From: Endomicrobiales bacterium
Lineage (GTDB): Bacteria > Elusimicrobiota > Endomicrobiia > Endomicrobiales > CAWCFT01
DNA: 64,000 bases
Direction: 5' to 3'
NCBI GenBank assembly: GCA_963794945.1
Contig: CAWCFT010000004.1
Span: forward strand, 160,001 to 224,000
The notes under the pieces are model-generated. The model had not been told where the DNA came from and did no database searches. It saw only the letters and a list, made by a program, of their open reading frames with translations. The position numbers were made by a program, and so were the translations under genes. Numbering within the stretch: position 1 is the stretch's first letter; each line of letters begins with the position of its first letter. This document shows positions 18,001 through 27,952 of this stretch, piece by piece.

Positions 18001-19059
18001 CTTTGTCCCCCACGCTTCCAGCAATCCCCCGCTGCTTTTATTCGCGTAAATAAGCGTGCCGTCTTTTGAGATGCGCATTACGGGGCCCGGGTTTTGTTCG
18101 GGATATTTCGCGAGCTCAACCACAGCCGCCTGGGCAAGCTTTATGGCATTGATATCGACGAAGACTAGTATCGCCCCCTCCGCCTTGGCGTTCTTGTTAA
18201 TATAAGGGCGCACCCTTAAAAGATGCCATTTCCCTCCCCTGTCACGAACTTCCACCTCTTGCGGGTTAAGGCTATCTATAACCGAACGGATCATGCCTTC
18301 AAGGTTTGGCACGTCGATGCCGAGGTTTATATCTTTGATCGGCCGCCCTATATCCGATGGAATGAGGTTGAAAAGGTCTTTTGATGCCGGCGTAAAATGA
18401 CGGATGTTCAGCCTGGCACCAAGCACCAGGACAGGAGTGTACAGATTACCCAGAAGGTTATTGAGGTCGGAATTCGCACGCCCCAAATCAATGTTGCGGT
18501 TCTTCAGCTCCTCGTTGATGGTGGTCATTTCCTCGTTGGCGGACTGCAGCTCCTCTTTTGATGTCTCAAGCTCCTCGTTGGCGCTCCTCAGCTCCTCGTT
18601 GCTTGACTGTATCTCTTCGTTAGCCGTTTTCAGTTCGTCAACCGCTTTGTCCTTATCGTTCGCTATAAGCTTCAGGTACTCTCTGGTGGAATAAAGGTCA
18701 TTTTTCAGCCTTGTGTTGGCAGACCCGCCTGCCCTGGACTTCCCCTTTCGTCCATCCTCATGAAACGGGACCGTTTCGTGAAAAAATATAATAAAGTACC
18801 TGCTCTTCGCGTTTGCTGAATTCAACGGCATAACCTCGGCGCCGGCTTCGGAAACTATCCCGTTATTTTCCAGCCTTACCGGCAGCGTTCTCACGGACGC
18901 GCCCAGCTTTTTGGCTTGCCTGACGGCGGAATGGACATGCGCTATAAGTTCCTGCCTGAGCATTTTTAAAAGGTTGAAGCTCGCTTTGCCCTCGGAGTGG
19001 CCGAGGTATTTCCCGGTTTGCCCCATGAACTGAATTACGTCCAGCGACTCGTTGATCAC
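15013..19059 (-). CDS. coiled-coil plus about nine PAS/PAC domains, middle part of the CheB-CheR-PAS kinase
   Basis: ANEEIQSSNEELRSANEELETSKEELQS (CheBR-fusion signature) and repeated DITERK motifs. Confidence 0.85.
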   Translation of the reverse strand: MINESLDVIQFMGQTGKYLGHSEGKASFNLLKMLRQELIAHVHSAVRQAKKLGASVRTLPVRLENNGIVSEAGAEVMPLNSANAKSRYFIIFFHETVPFHEDGRKGKSRAGGSANTRLKNDLYSTREYLKLIANDKDKAVDELKTANEEIQSSNEELRSANEELETSKEELQSANEEMTTINEELKNRNIDLGRANSDLNNLLGNLYTPVLVLGARLNIRHFTPASKDLFNLIPSDIGRPIKDINLGIDVPNLEGMIRSVIDSLNPQEVEVRDRGGKWHLLRVRPYINKNAKAEGAILVFVDINAIKLAQAAVVELAKYPEQNPGPVMRISKDGTLIYANKSSGGLLEAWGTKVNDIVPQNIQEAAARCSETLETCEIEIEYGKAVYQLTFTPIAEEGYVNVYGKDITTRKKAEEALEASRRQNEFLADILESSSQPFAIGYPDGKLGLMNKAFEELSGYAKAELGSIDWDKALTPAEWHEIERAKLEELHKTGLSVRYEKEYIRRDGTRVPVELLVHLVKDSDGKPLYYYSFVTDITGRKRVAEEMAYLKTEAENRAAELEATISSAATGLIIYDMNGKALRMNKAARDVLPQELFFGATLNERSRKLLWIKENGQPFPPDEIPVARALRGETTANVILGIEINGRKLWISASAAPIRTEDGNMLGVVASFNDISDQKSMEQDLKASEKSYRDLIETANSIIIRYAPDGTVSYINDFGLAFFGYSREEIVGHSIMKMVPDSDSVTGADLTRLSEQVLNDPEKFKYSENQNIKKNGERAWIIWANKAIRDEKGALKEILCVGNDITDLKNSENRLRRQAEMLNLSYEAIFAWEYDGAIISWNNGARQMYGYSSEEALGRVSHELLKTVHTQGLNKIKEILAKDKTWAGELEHTTKDGRTIIVESRHQLITDNIGRQIVLETNRDITESKQAEEKLQATMQRFYLILSNMQSAVLLVTDEDRVEFANQAFCNIFSLKDRPESLANLTDNEMIEKIKDRYRDPDAALARIREIISLGQPAIGEDVLMAGERTLLRNFIPIRFNDKLYGRLWVHLDITERKKAEGALRESEERFRSLFRGLPYSTVVFEKTGNDFIIKEYNEAAIKFTNGKMPEYVGKSASEIYKSDPDILEAFAVVYKNKSTINIEKNYRMNSTGKEIFVRITVAYIPTDKIIMHTEDFSERKYVEEALRESEQRLKFHFENSPLAVVEWDSNYIVTQWSAEAERMFGWKREETIGKPIMDLNMIYVDDIPKVNRTIERLGSGKEPLVVSSNRNYTKAGDVIECIWYNTVMLDKNGRMSSIMSLVQDITEKKMAEEVLQRDKDTLEKLVIERTKELLDKQIELEHARRLF

Positions 19060-19822
19060 GACAGCGGCTGGGGCGTACTTCTTGAGGATGGCGGCGTTCC
19101 ACTTCTTTTCTTATGTCGAATTCATTGTTAAGCGGGCTGTCGGCGTCGTACCTGCCCGGAACCTGGCCAAAGGCGTCTTTCGGCAAAGTGAACTCGGGCG
19201 CCGGCTGAGCGCCGGTTTTTTCGTTTATGTACATATTGTATTTCATGTCCGAGGCAGCGAAATCGCTGCACAGGCCTGTGATGCTCTCCGAGCTGCCCAG
19301 CACAAGGTAACCGTTGCTGTTAAGGCCGTAGCGGAACGAGGCGAGCGCTTTTTTCTGCAGCTGCTGGTCCATGTATATTAGAAGGTTGCGGCATGTGATC
19401 ATGTCGAGGTGCGAGAACGGCGGGTCTTTTGTCACGTTGTGCCTGACAAAAGTGCACATCTCCCGCAAGGCATTATTTACGCGGTAACCGTTTTCAGCCT
19501 CAATGAAATAACTCCTGAGCCACTCTTCAGGTATAGGGCCGACCGACTTTTTTTTGTATACACCGAGCCTTGCCTTTTTTAGCATCTCCTCATTGATGTC
19601 GGTGGCAAATATCTGCACCTTGCCCTTGAAGTAGCTGTCCCCAAGCAGGTCGAGGAGCGTCATGGCGAGGGAATACACCTCTTCGCCGCTGGAGCAGCCG
19701 GCAACCCAGATGCGTATGGGCTCGTCGGCTTTTTTCTTTTTTATTATTCCGGGGAATATCTTGTTTTTAAGCGCGTCGTATATCTGCCGGTCGCGGAAAA
19801 AGCTTGTTACTCCGATGAGCAT
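18863..19822 (-). CDS. cheR: CheR methyltransferase domain (fragment of fusion)
   Basis: IGVTSFFRD, RIWVAGCSSGEEVYS, CRNLLIY. Confidence 0.88.
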   Translation of the reverse strand: MLIGVTSFFRDRQIYDALKNKIFPGIIKKKKADEPIRIWVAGCSSGEEVYSLAMTLLDLLGDSYFKGKVQIFATDINEEMLKKARLGVYKKKSVGPIPEEWLRSYFIEAENGYRVNNALREMCTFVRHNVTKDPPFSHLDMITCRNLLIYMDQQLQKKALASFRYGLNSNGYLVLGSSESITGLCSDFAASDMKYNMYINEKTGAQPAPEFTLPKDAFGQVPGRYDADSPLNNEFDIRKEVERRHPQEVRPSRCRDQRVAGRNSVHGANREIPRPLRGQSELQPFKNAQAGTYSACPFRRQASQKAGRVRENAAGKAGK

Positions 19823-20738
19823 ATCCTGGTAAAGCAGGAAAGCCTCGTCTTTGTCTGCCGGCCAGGAGGTGAATGTAGGCCCTCACGTCCGGCATATTCA
19901 TGAAAAGCATGCGCCGCGAGATCCTTCTCATTATCGTAGAGCGTTTGTAGTTGGTAAAATCGACGCCGCTTATTTTGTGAAGTATCTCAAATATCTCTTT
20001 GAGGCCGCTATTATCCAGGCAGCGTTTGTCCTTAAAATATCGTTTGAGCTCCTGAAGTTTCTCCGCGATGGGCTCCGGCTGGAGGATGTAGTTCGCGTAG
20101 GGCGCGGCGTTGCAAGGCATATCCGCATATTCAGCCGACCTCTTTTCCTGCGCGATAGTTATCCCTCCCGCGTCCCGTATGGCCTTGGCGCCCGCTGCGC
20201 CGTCGCAGCCGGTGCCTGAGAGTACAATACCTACTGCTTTTTCCGGGCACGTTTCGGCGAGCGAAGTCATGAAATGGTCTATCTGGCTGTGCGCGATGTC
20301 GCGGCTGAGTGCGGGTTTTACCCTGAACTTGTCCCTGCTTAACCGGACGTCGTCTCCGGGCAACGCGATAAATACCGTATTTTCTTTTAATCGCACATTG
20401 TCTTTCGCGTTTAGCACGGGCATGGATGTGTGTTCGGACAGGATATTCTGAAGCAGGCTTCGGGAGCTTGGGTCGGAGTGCTGGATGATAACGAACGCCA
20501 TCCCGCTTTTTGGGGATAGCTTGCCAAATAAATTGATGAGAGCTTTGAGCCCGCCGGCGGAAGCGCCTATGGCCACGACGGGAAAAGGCAGGTCGAAAGC
20601 AAAGTGATCATCGCCATTACTAAGTGGGTTTGCAGCTCTGCTTTTGGTGAGTCCGGCTGCGGGCTTTTTACTTTCGAGGATCTTTTTAGGGTTCTTGTGG
20701 TTCTTACCGGCTTTTGTGCGCATACTGGCCTTGTTCAA
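19767..20738 (-). CDS. cheB: CheB methylesterase domain plus CheR N-terminus (fragment of fusion)
   Basis: GASAGG, IQH and GTGCDG catalytic motifs; DFTNYKRSTIMRRISRRM. Confidence 0.88.
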   Translation of the reverse strand: MNKASMRTKAGKNHKNPKKILESKKPAAGLTKSRAANPLSNGDDHFAFDLPFPVVAIGASAGGLKALINLFGKLSPKSGMAFVIIQHSDPSSRSLLQNILSEHTSMPVLNAKDNVRLKENTVFIALPGDDVRLSRDKFRVKPALSRDIAHSQIDHFMTSLAETCPEKAVGIVLSGTGCDGAAGAKAIRDAGGITIAQEKRSAEYADMPCNAAPYANYILQPEPIAEKLQELKRYFKDKRCLDNSGLKEIFEILHKISGVDFTNYKRSTIMRRISRRMLFMNMPDVRAYIHLLAGRQRRGFPALPGYAHRSNKLFPRPADIRRA

Positions 20739-20808
20739 TTATCGCTGCCAATACTATATAAGCGAATTATATATTTTTGATAATGTGAAATCAAGCTGGT
20801 TAGGTATG

Positions 20809-20974
20809 CCGTCTTTGCGAGGCGGTTTATGCCGAAGTAATCTCGGTTTTGTTCGGTCTTTGCGAACCCGAAGGACGAAGCCGAAGGCTCACCGGCAGTT
20901 TGGGGAGCAATCTCGTCTCTTCCACACAAACGACGGGATTTCCGCGCCCGAAACAACGTGGGCTCGCAAAGACA
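20809..20974. repeat. GTCTTTGCGA..TCGCAAAGAC palindromic element (nested/duplicated)
   Basis: Two GTCTTTGCGA..AATCTC left halves and a GGCTCGCAAAGAC right end. Confidence 0.75.
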
Positions 20975-21008
20975 GGCTAAATCATTGATATTGCAATTAA
21001 ATCGAACT

Positions 21009-22836
21009 TTATACTTCTCGCCCTCTGTTTGCCTGTCGGCTGGATTTGTGAATGGGTGGCGGGCCGGTAGAGCTATGGTAAACATTGTGCCTTCGCCTTT
21101 GACACTGCGAGCGGCTGATGCTTCCGCCATGCATATCTGCAATCTGGCGGCATATGGCAAGCCCAAGTCCGGTGCCTTTGGCTTTAGTTGTGTAAAACGG
21201 AGCGAATATCTTGTACATGTCGCCCTCATCTATGCCAGAGCCTGTGTCCGCAATAGATATTGACCAAAACTCCTGGTTCTGCCTGCTGATGGTTACGGTT
21301 ATAGCGCCGCTTTTGTCACACAGGGCCTGATAGGCGTTATCAAGAATATTGCTAAATAGTATCTTGAGCTTGGTTGGGTCGGCCTCAATAACGGCGCCTT
21401 CATTGCAGTCAAAATGCTCCGCCAGTTTAACTTGCCAGTCAGCGTATTTTGTGGTTACTGAACTTATGCAGTCGCTCATCAGGTCGCAGATGTTTATCGG
21501 CTCGATGTTCAGCGGCCCAAGATTGGTAAAACTTAAAAGGTTAGTGATTATCTGGTCGCTTTCGAGCAGCTTCTTGTTGATACTTTCGAAATGCTTATCC
21601 AGCAGAGGGCCGCCGGATTTCTTACGGATGTTAAAGATTGCTGTTCTTATCACCGCAAGCGGGTTACGCATCTCGTGGGCTATGGTAGCCGAGAGCCTCC
21701 CTATGTCGGCCATTCTTTGCGAGCGTTCCAGCTCCGCATGGGTTTTCAGCACTTCTCTGGTGCGGCTTTTAACCGCCGTTTCAAGGGCGTCTTTGTCGCG
21801 CTGGAGGACATTTTCGGCATGCTTGCGCACCGTTATGTCGCGTATGTTGCCGTTCCTGTAAAGCGGACGGCCGGCTTTGTCTTTGACAAGCGACATGCGG
21901 TTGGAGAACCAGCGGTACTCGCCGCTCTTTGCGCGCTGGCGGTACTCCACGTCCGCTTTGCCTGCGTACTCCAGCTGCTCAAGGGCTGCCCGCATGGCTG
22001 GAAGGTCATCGGGGTGGATAAGGGCCATCGAGGCCTCGGCGTCCTGAGCTGTTAGTTCTTCAGCAGAAAACCCCGCGACCTCTTTGCACGCGGGGCTGAT
22101 ATACTCGTAATGCCCGGTTCTGAACGTTTAACCGGTAAATGATGTCCCGGGAACTGTCCAGCACGGCGCGGAACCGCTCTTCGCTTTCGCGCAATAGTTT
22201 TTCCGACTTTTTGTGCTGGTCAAGCAGCGAGCGCGCTACAAGCTCGCGGAAAGTTATTTCTGCGTTGTGTTTCTGTTCGGTCAGGTTGGTTACCAGCACG
22301 CAGCGCAGTTCGGAACCTTTGAGATGGATATTCGAAATAGAAAGCTGTACCGGTATGACCGAACCCTCGCTGGTTTGCAGTTCGGTTTCCCCCCTGCATT
22401 CCTTGACTTCGGACTGCCTGAGGAACATGGTCACAAGCTCGTGGTGTTCGGCGGGTATATATTTTAAGAAAGTGGTGCCTGTTATCTTTTCGTGTGGCTG
22501 CTGCGTCAGCATCGCGAACCGGGCGTTGCAGTAAAGGATGGTGCCGTCCGGGGAAAGAGTGACCGCGCCTTCGCCTATGTTCTCAACGAACACGCGGTAG
22601 GGATGCTCGGCCCCTTCCAGCGTGAAAGCCCGCTCGCCCTCGGGAGTCGCAACAAGGACCGCGTCCACTTCCCCGCTGTGCACGGCCCGTATCACTTCCT
22701 GGGCTTCATCTAGCTTGGCGCGCAACTCCTGCAGCTGCCCTTCCAGTTCTTTTACACTGTTAGAAGCTGCCGCCGGCTTTCGCGGGGGCTTTGTTGAGTT
22801 TTTTTCAGGTAGATGTTTTCTTGTTTTGTTCTTCAT
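21009..22836 (-). CDS. PAS sensor histidine kinase downstream of kaiBB, frameshifted near 22060 and 21110
   Basis: N-terminal coiled coil with SGEVDAV and PAS (22060..22836); AHEMRNPL, DTGSGI, GTGLGL (21009..22028). Confidence 0.85.
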
Positions 22837-22846
22837 CTTAGCTGTT

Positions 22847-22938
22847 CCCCTCTCTTTTGTTTAAAGAGGGGTAAGGAGGAGTTCAGTTGTACAACTTCAA
22901 ACTCCCCTTGATCCCCTCTTTGTGAATAAAGAGGGGAA
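22847..22938. repeat. CCCCTCTTT..AAAGAGGGG double-hairpin element
   Basis: Similar copies at 23299-23396 and 42844-42943. Confidence 0.8.
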
Positions 22939-22993
22939 CCGCGGCAATATCGATGGCATCCCGGCACCATAGCCGGCAACGGAAAACAGCCCG

Positions 22994-23275
22994 CTATTTA
23001 AAACCTTCTAAAACCTTTTCGGTATTCGATATATCGCCGATAAACCTTTTTAAGGGGACCGGCTGTTTTTTGACAAGCGTCGGCACCGCGATTATCTGTT
23101 CCCGCCTGGCAAGCTCGGGCTGCTGGTAAATATCCACAACGGTAAGTTCATAATTGTCCTCAAGGTACGCGCTGCATATCTTTTTAACGCTTTCTATGGC
23201 GTTCGCGGAACGCATTGAAGCGCCCGCGACAAAAAGATAAAGAATGTATTTTTTAGCATCAATTGCTTTTGCCAT
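22994..23275 (-). CDS. kaiB: KaiB family protein (second paralog)
   Basis: YILYLFVAG, VDIYQQPELA, QIIAVPTLVK, FIGDIS. Confidence 0.92.
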   Translation of the reverse strand: MAKAIDAKKYILYLFVAGASMRSANAIESVKKICSAYLEDNYELTVVDIYQQPELARREQIIAVPTLVKKQPVPLKRFIGDISNTEKVLEGFK

Positions 23276-23298
23276 GGTTTTTCCTTTATGTTGCTATA

Positions 23299-23396
23299 CC
23301 CCCTCTTTCGTCTAAAGAGGGGGTAGTGGGAGTTTGCTTTAAACAATTCAAAACCCCAACTCCCCTTAATCCCCTCTTTGTGAATAAAGAGGGGAA
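23299..23396. repeat. CCCCTCTTT..AAAGAGGGG double-hairpin element
   Basis: Shares ATCCCCTCTTTGTGAATAAAGAGGGGAA with the 22847-22938 copy. Confidence 0.8.
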
Positions 23397-23413
23397 AACC
23401 GCGTTAGCACATT

Positions 23414-23719
23414 TTACCCCACCAGCTTGTAGTCGAGCCCTATCAGTACTCTCTCTTTGTTCGAAAGGTCGCCTATTATCTTGCGCATCGGCAGCGGCAG
23501 CTTCTTGACCAGCGTTGGTATGGCGAATATCTGGTCGCCCGCGGCAAGCTGGGGGTTTTTAAGCAGGTCAACGACCTCTATTTCATATAGCCCCGGGAAG
23601 TTCTCTTCGCAGATGGCCTTAAGGTTCGCTAAGGCTGTCAGGCATTTAGGCGTTTGGCCCGCCACGTAGAGCCTCAGGCTCCACGCCTTATTTTTCTTTT
23701 TCGCTTTTTTCTTGTTCAT
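23414..23719 (-). CDS. kaiB: KaiB family protein (first paralog)
   Basis: [36 protein letters not shown]. Confidence 0.95.
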   Translation of the reverse strand: MNKKKAKKKNKAWSLRLYVAGQTPKCLTALANLKAICEENFPGLYEIEVVDLLKNPQLAAGDQIFAIPTLVKKLPLPMRKIIGDLSNKERVLIGLDYKLVG

Positions 23720-25196
23720 TGCGCCACCTGCCCTTCCTGGCCCATCCTGCCGTAGATCTTGTCTTTGTTCTTAAAGACATCGGAAATTTCTATTCCCTTC
23801 CCGCTTAGAATAAAGCGGTAGGAGAGGCTGGAGTTCGCCATGCCGCGCGACTTAATAACGCGTATGGTGCGCACGTGGTCGCCGGCCAGCTCAAGGTTTG
23901 TCAAAACCATCCAGGTATCCATCAGCGACGATATCTCAAGTTCCGTTTTTGTCAGTTCCGCGCTGTTGTTGTGCGAGAGGTCGGTGAATACGCAGGTAAT
24001 GTTTTTCCCTTTAAGAAAATCCAGCATGCGGGTTAGCATGAGCTTTACATCCGATTCAACTCCGGCCGAGACCAGGTTCGATACCGGGTCTACCACCACG
24101 ACGTCGGGCTTAAATTCATTTACCAGCGCGTGCATGTTCACCAGGTACATTTCCAGCCCCGTAATAGTAGGCCGGGAAGCGTGGATATAGAGAAGCCCCT
24201 TTTTGAGGCAGGGGTCGAGGTTTACGCCTATGGAACGCATGTTCCGCACAATCTGGCTGACGGATTCCTCCATGGCAAAGTACAGGCATTTCTTTCCTTT
24301 GGCGCAGGTTGATTCGGCGAACTTAAGCGCTATGCTGCTTTTGCCGGTGCCCGCGGTTCCGGATATAAGAATGCTCGAGCCGCGGTAATAGCCTTTGCCG
24401 CCGAGCATATTGTCGAGCGCGGGTATGCCGGACGAAACAAGGGCCGCGTCTACCTTATAATCAAGCCCCACTGAAGTGATAGGAAATATCGAAAAACCGG
24501 TTGAGCCGATGAGGAAGGGATACTCGTTGGTCCCGTGGGAAGTGCCGCGGTATTTAACTATGCGCATCCGGCGGGTGCATATCTGATCTATTATGCGGTT
24601 GTCCAGCACTACGACGCAGTCGGCCACGTATTCTTCGATGCCGTAGCGGGTAAGCGTGCCCTCGCCTTTTTCGCCCGTTATGACCACGGTCACGCCCTTG
24701 TCTTTAAGCCAGCGGAACAGGCGCCAGAGCTCGGCGCGGAGTATTACCGTGTTCGAAAGGCCGGAGAACAGCGCTTCTATTGTATCGAGAACGACGCGCT
24801 TCGCGCCTATGGATTTTATGGCATTGTCGAGGCGAACGAAAAGCCCCTCCAGATTATAGTCGCCTGTTTCTTCTATTTCGTTGCGTTCTATGAATACGTA
24901 ATCAAGCAGGATCTTTTTTTTGGCGATAAGCGCCTTGAGGTCGAACCCCATAGAGGCGAAATTTTTGGTGAGCTCTTCGGCATTCTCTTCGAACGACATT
25001 ATCACGCCGGGCTCGTTGAACTCGGTGGCGCCGCGCCAACGAATTCGGCCCCGAACACGGTTTTTCCGCAGCCCGCCCCGCCGCAAACAAGCGCCGGCCG
25101 CCCCCTAGGCAGGCCGCCGCCAGTGATCTCGTCGAACCCGCGGATGCCGGTAAGGCATTTTGGCAGGTTCTCCGGTTTAACTTTCACTTTTTTCAT
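23716..25196 (-). CDS. kaiC: double-domain KaiC ATPase/kinase, frameshift near 25040
   Basis: [15 protein letters not shown] and GGAGCGKT (CI); GTAGTGKS and ISSLMDTW (CII); GGAGG RBS before ATG 25196. Confidence 0.93.
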
Positions 25197-25392
25197 GGCC
25201 CCTCCCATTATAAAGTGTCGGAAAGTCTTCTATTTAGGCATGTTAGCCGTAATATAAGCTAAATATATATAATTAGTATTTAAAATGCAATATTAGGAAT
25301 GAACCTCCACCCTGCAAGTCAAGGATCTGGAACAGCCGCCGGCTGTTTGGAGACCGCCGGTTTGTTGGCGGGCAGGGCGGTATCAAAGGACT

Positions 25393-25513
25393 GTCTTCGC
25401 GAGTCCGCCTCAGACGGACGTGGCGATCTCGATATTAGCTTTCAAAATTGCTTTGAGATTGCTTCCCGCCACCAGGCACAGGCGGGCAGGCTGCTTCGCC
25501 CGCAAAGACGACC
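25393..25513. repeat. GTCTTCGCGA..CGCAAAGAC palindromic element
   Basis: Reverse-complement homolog of 30377-30471. Confidence 0.75.
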
Positions 25514-25631
25514 AAAGTGGAACTCCGCCAACAGGAGCTAGCGGTTTAACGTGGCGGACTATGAACCTCCACACATCAAGTTGCGCGGAATAGTCAAGTT
25601 TAATAAATTGATCGCTAAACCCAGGAAAAAT

Positions 25632-25679
25632 AAAAAAGAACAAGCCTTGCAAATTCTATCGCAAGGCTTGTTCTTTTTT
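25632..25679 (-). terminator. intrinsic (bidirectional) terminator after the TonB receptor
   Basis: AAAAAAGAACAAGCCTTGC / GCAAGGCTTGTTCTTTTTT. Confidence 0.85.
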
Positions 25680-25693
25680 GAAAACTTATAACT

Positions 25694-27745
25694 TTACAGC
25701 TTAACGTTGACGCTGAGCATGTACTGCCTGTCAGGCATAGGATAAAGCGGCACGCCATTTTCAGGAACAAGGTAATCTTCATTACCAAGGTTCTGGATGG
25801 CAAATTCAAGCGTGGTCGCAGCCGCGATCTTCGCGCTTACTTTGAAATCCACGACTGTGTTGCCGTTCGGTTGATTGTTGCCGTTTGTCGTAGTATATTT
25901 ATCTATGTAACGGCACACCGCAGTACACTTCAGGTCGCAAGAACTCGGGATCTTACAAACCACACCGGCGTTAACCATGTTGACCGGTATATCCGCGAAT
26001 TGCTGGCCATTTTCATCCGCGAAATACGCAAATGAATAATTGGCAAACAATTTGAATGCGCGGGACAACGCGTAATCGCCGGTCACTTCAACTCCATGGC
26101 CCTTTGACTTGCCTGAAGCGTTGACATCGTACGATATATTGTTGGCTGCCGCGTGCTGAATAATTGCGTTATCGATCTCATCGCTGAACATAGTGATCGT
26201 TCCTAAGAAATGCTTATTCTCATAAGTGATTCCGCCCTGATAACTCTGGATGGTTTCGGGGTCGATAGAACTGGGCAAAGTGCTTGGCAGTCCGTATTGA
26301 GCGAACTGATAACCGGCTTCAACGTTCCTTGAATAATCCTTTAACGTCGGGACTCTAAGCGCCGTGTCATACATTACTTTTACATTCCAGTTGTCGTTGA
26401 GCTTTTGAACGAGGCCGGTTCTTGGCGAGAACTGCGAATAGCTTGAGCTTCCAAAAATACCGTCGTCGTAACGCGCGCCCAGTATCAGGTTCAGTCCGGC
26501 TAACACATCAAACTGCTGGCGGCGAAGCTGGGCGAACGCCGACATCGTTTTAATGTGTATATTTGTGTCATTAACCTCTGAAAAAAGAGTGCCTTTGCCG
26601 CTGGCATTATAGGTATACCAATAACTGCCGTTGTCGGGGTTGCCAGGATCTACCCAATAACGCTCATCATACTCAAGGCCGGCTATAAGGTCATATTTTG
26701 CGTTTATCTTGTACTTAATTTCGGCCATTGTATCGTAGCCGGCGCAATCTTTTCTATAGATATAGTCAGACTGCTGGTTGGAGCTCCGCGGAACCTCCGC
26801 GAAATGCCCGGTTTCTTCTCCCATATTGCTCTTTATATAACCGTCAATGGAAAAACTATCGGAGAATGCATGGTCATATTTAAGATACGGCGCTACCGTT
26901 CTGAACTCGTTATAATTGTCGGGTTCCGTAAACGTACCCATCCAGCTCTCGGACAGATCGTCGTTTTCATCAATGTATATCAAGCCAAGCCCAAAACCTT
27001 TAAGGGCGCCTTTGGTTATTTTATAGGAAGAATTTATAAAGGTATCCTTTTGGCCGTCATAAAGAAGATTGTCCGGCGGATTCATAGTAGGTATCGGCCT
27101 TAATGACGAGTCTTTTTGGAAATAACTGGCGCTCAATTGGGTTTCGCCGTTATCATTCTTTGAAATTATGTCAGTCATGAATTGCTGGCTGTTTTGGAAG
27201 CCGCCGGAGAACCGCGATTCGGTCTGGGTTCCGTTCTCTTCCATTTTTTTGGATGTGATGCTGACAACTCCGCTGAACGCGCTCGCTCCATACAAAGCGG
27301 AAGAAGGGCCCCTCAGGAACTCAACTTTATCTGCGAACAAAAGGGGCAGGTCCTGCTGGTCGCTTCCTTTATAGCTCAAAGGAAAATTTATCGGTATGCC
27401 GTCTATAAGGATAAGGTTATCCGCGTTCTCGAATGAGAACTGATCGCCTCGGGTGGTGAGGGTCAATTGGCCCCAGCGCGGAGAAACGTTGTACCCTGGA
27501 GTTATTTGCGCGAGATCTGCGATCGTGTAATAACCCAAGTCTCTGATGTCTTCACTGGAATAAGAAGTAACAAACGCTGGAGCATCTGTTAATTTTTCCG
27601 CCACTTTTGACGCTGAAACCACCATGGGGACTTCCATAAACAACAGGCTTTCTTCGCCGCTCACAGCGAAAACCCTTGAAAAAGGCTGAAACTGAACCAC
27701 TGCCGCAAGAAACATGACCAACATTACAGTTTTTAGCATTTTCAT
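25694..27745 (-). CDS. TonB-dependent outer-membrane receptor
   Basis: Signal peptide; plug VVSASK..LILIDG..VEFLRGPSSALYG; barrel strands; terminal NLGN..R motif. Confidence 0.92.
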   Translation of the reverse strand: MKMLKTVMLVMFLAAVVQFQPFSRVFAVSGEESLLFMEVPMVVSASKVAEKLTDAPAFVTSYSSEDIRDLGYYTIADLAQITPGYNVSPRWGQLTLTTRGDQFSFENADNLILIDGIPINFPLSYKGSDQQDLPLLFADKVEFLRGPSSALYGASAFSGVVSITSKKMEENGTQTESRFSGGFQNSQQFMTDIISKNDNGETQLSASYFQKDSSLRPIPTMNPPDNLLYDGQKDTFINSSYKITKGALKGFGLGLIYIDENDDLSESWMGTFTEPDNYNEFRTVAPYLKYDHAFSDSFSIDGYIKSNMGEETGHFAEVPRSSNQQSDYIYRKDCAGYDTMAEIKYKINAKYDLIAGLEYDERYWVDPGNPDNGSYWYTYNASGKGTLFSEVNDTNIHIKTMSAFAQLRRQQFDVLAGLNLILGARYDDGIFGSSSYSQFSPRTGLVQKLNDNWNVKVMYDTALRVPTLKDYSRNVEAGYQFAQYGLPSTLPSSIDPETIQSYQGGITYENKHFLGTITMFSDEIDNAIIQHAAANNISYDVNASGKSKGHGVEVTGDYALSRAFKLFANYSFAYFADENGQQFADIPVNMVNAGVVCKIPSSCDLKCTAVCRYIDKYTTTNGNNQPNGNTVVDFKVSAKIAAATTLEFAIQNLGNEDYLVPENGVPLYPMPDRQYMLSVNVKL

Positions 27746-27952
27746 TCCGGTCTCCCTTTTTGCATACTTTAATACAGTATGCCGATTTTAATGCGAAATG
27801 CTGACAACACAACAACTTCCATCTATTTTCCATGCTCCAAGTTTACAAAACTTTTTTTTATTGTACAATATATTTATCAATAAAGTCAATACAATTTAAA
27901 CCTCCCGCTGCATGTAAAAGATAATGACATTAATTTTGCATTTTCCGTAGAT

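Noticed and set aside
20735..21229. 164-aa ORF running through a palindromic element
   Set aside because: Only the SVKGEGTMFTIALP stretch is meaningful (shifted kinase C-terminus). The rest reads through repeat DNA and the true stop cannot be fixed without polishing.
25299..25572. ATGAACCTCCAC direct repeat flanking a palindromic element
   Set aside because: A single 12-bp pair well away from the element ends cannot be called a target-site duplication.
27746..27952. Cobalamin or other riboswitch upstream of the TonB receptor
   Set aside because: AT-rich spacer with no B12-box or other aptamer motif that I can recognise.
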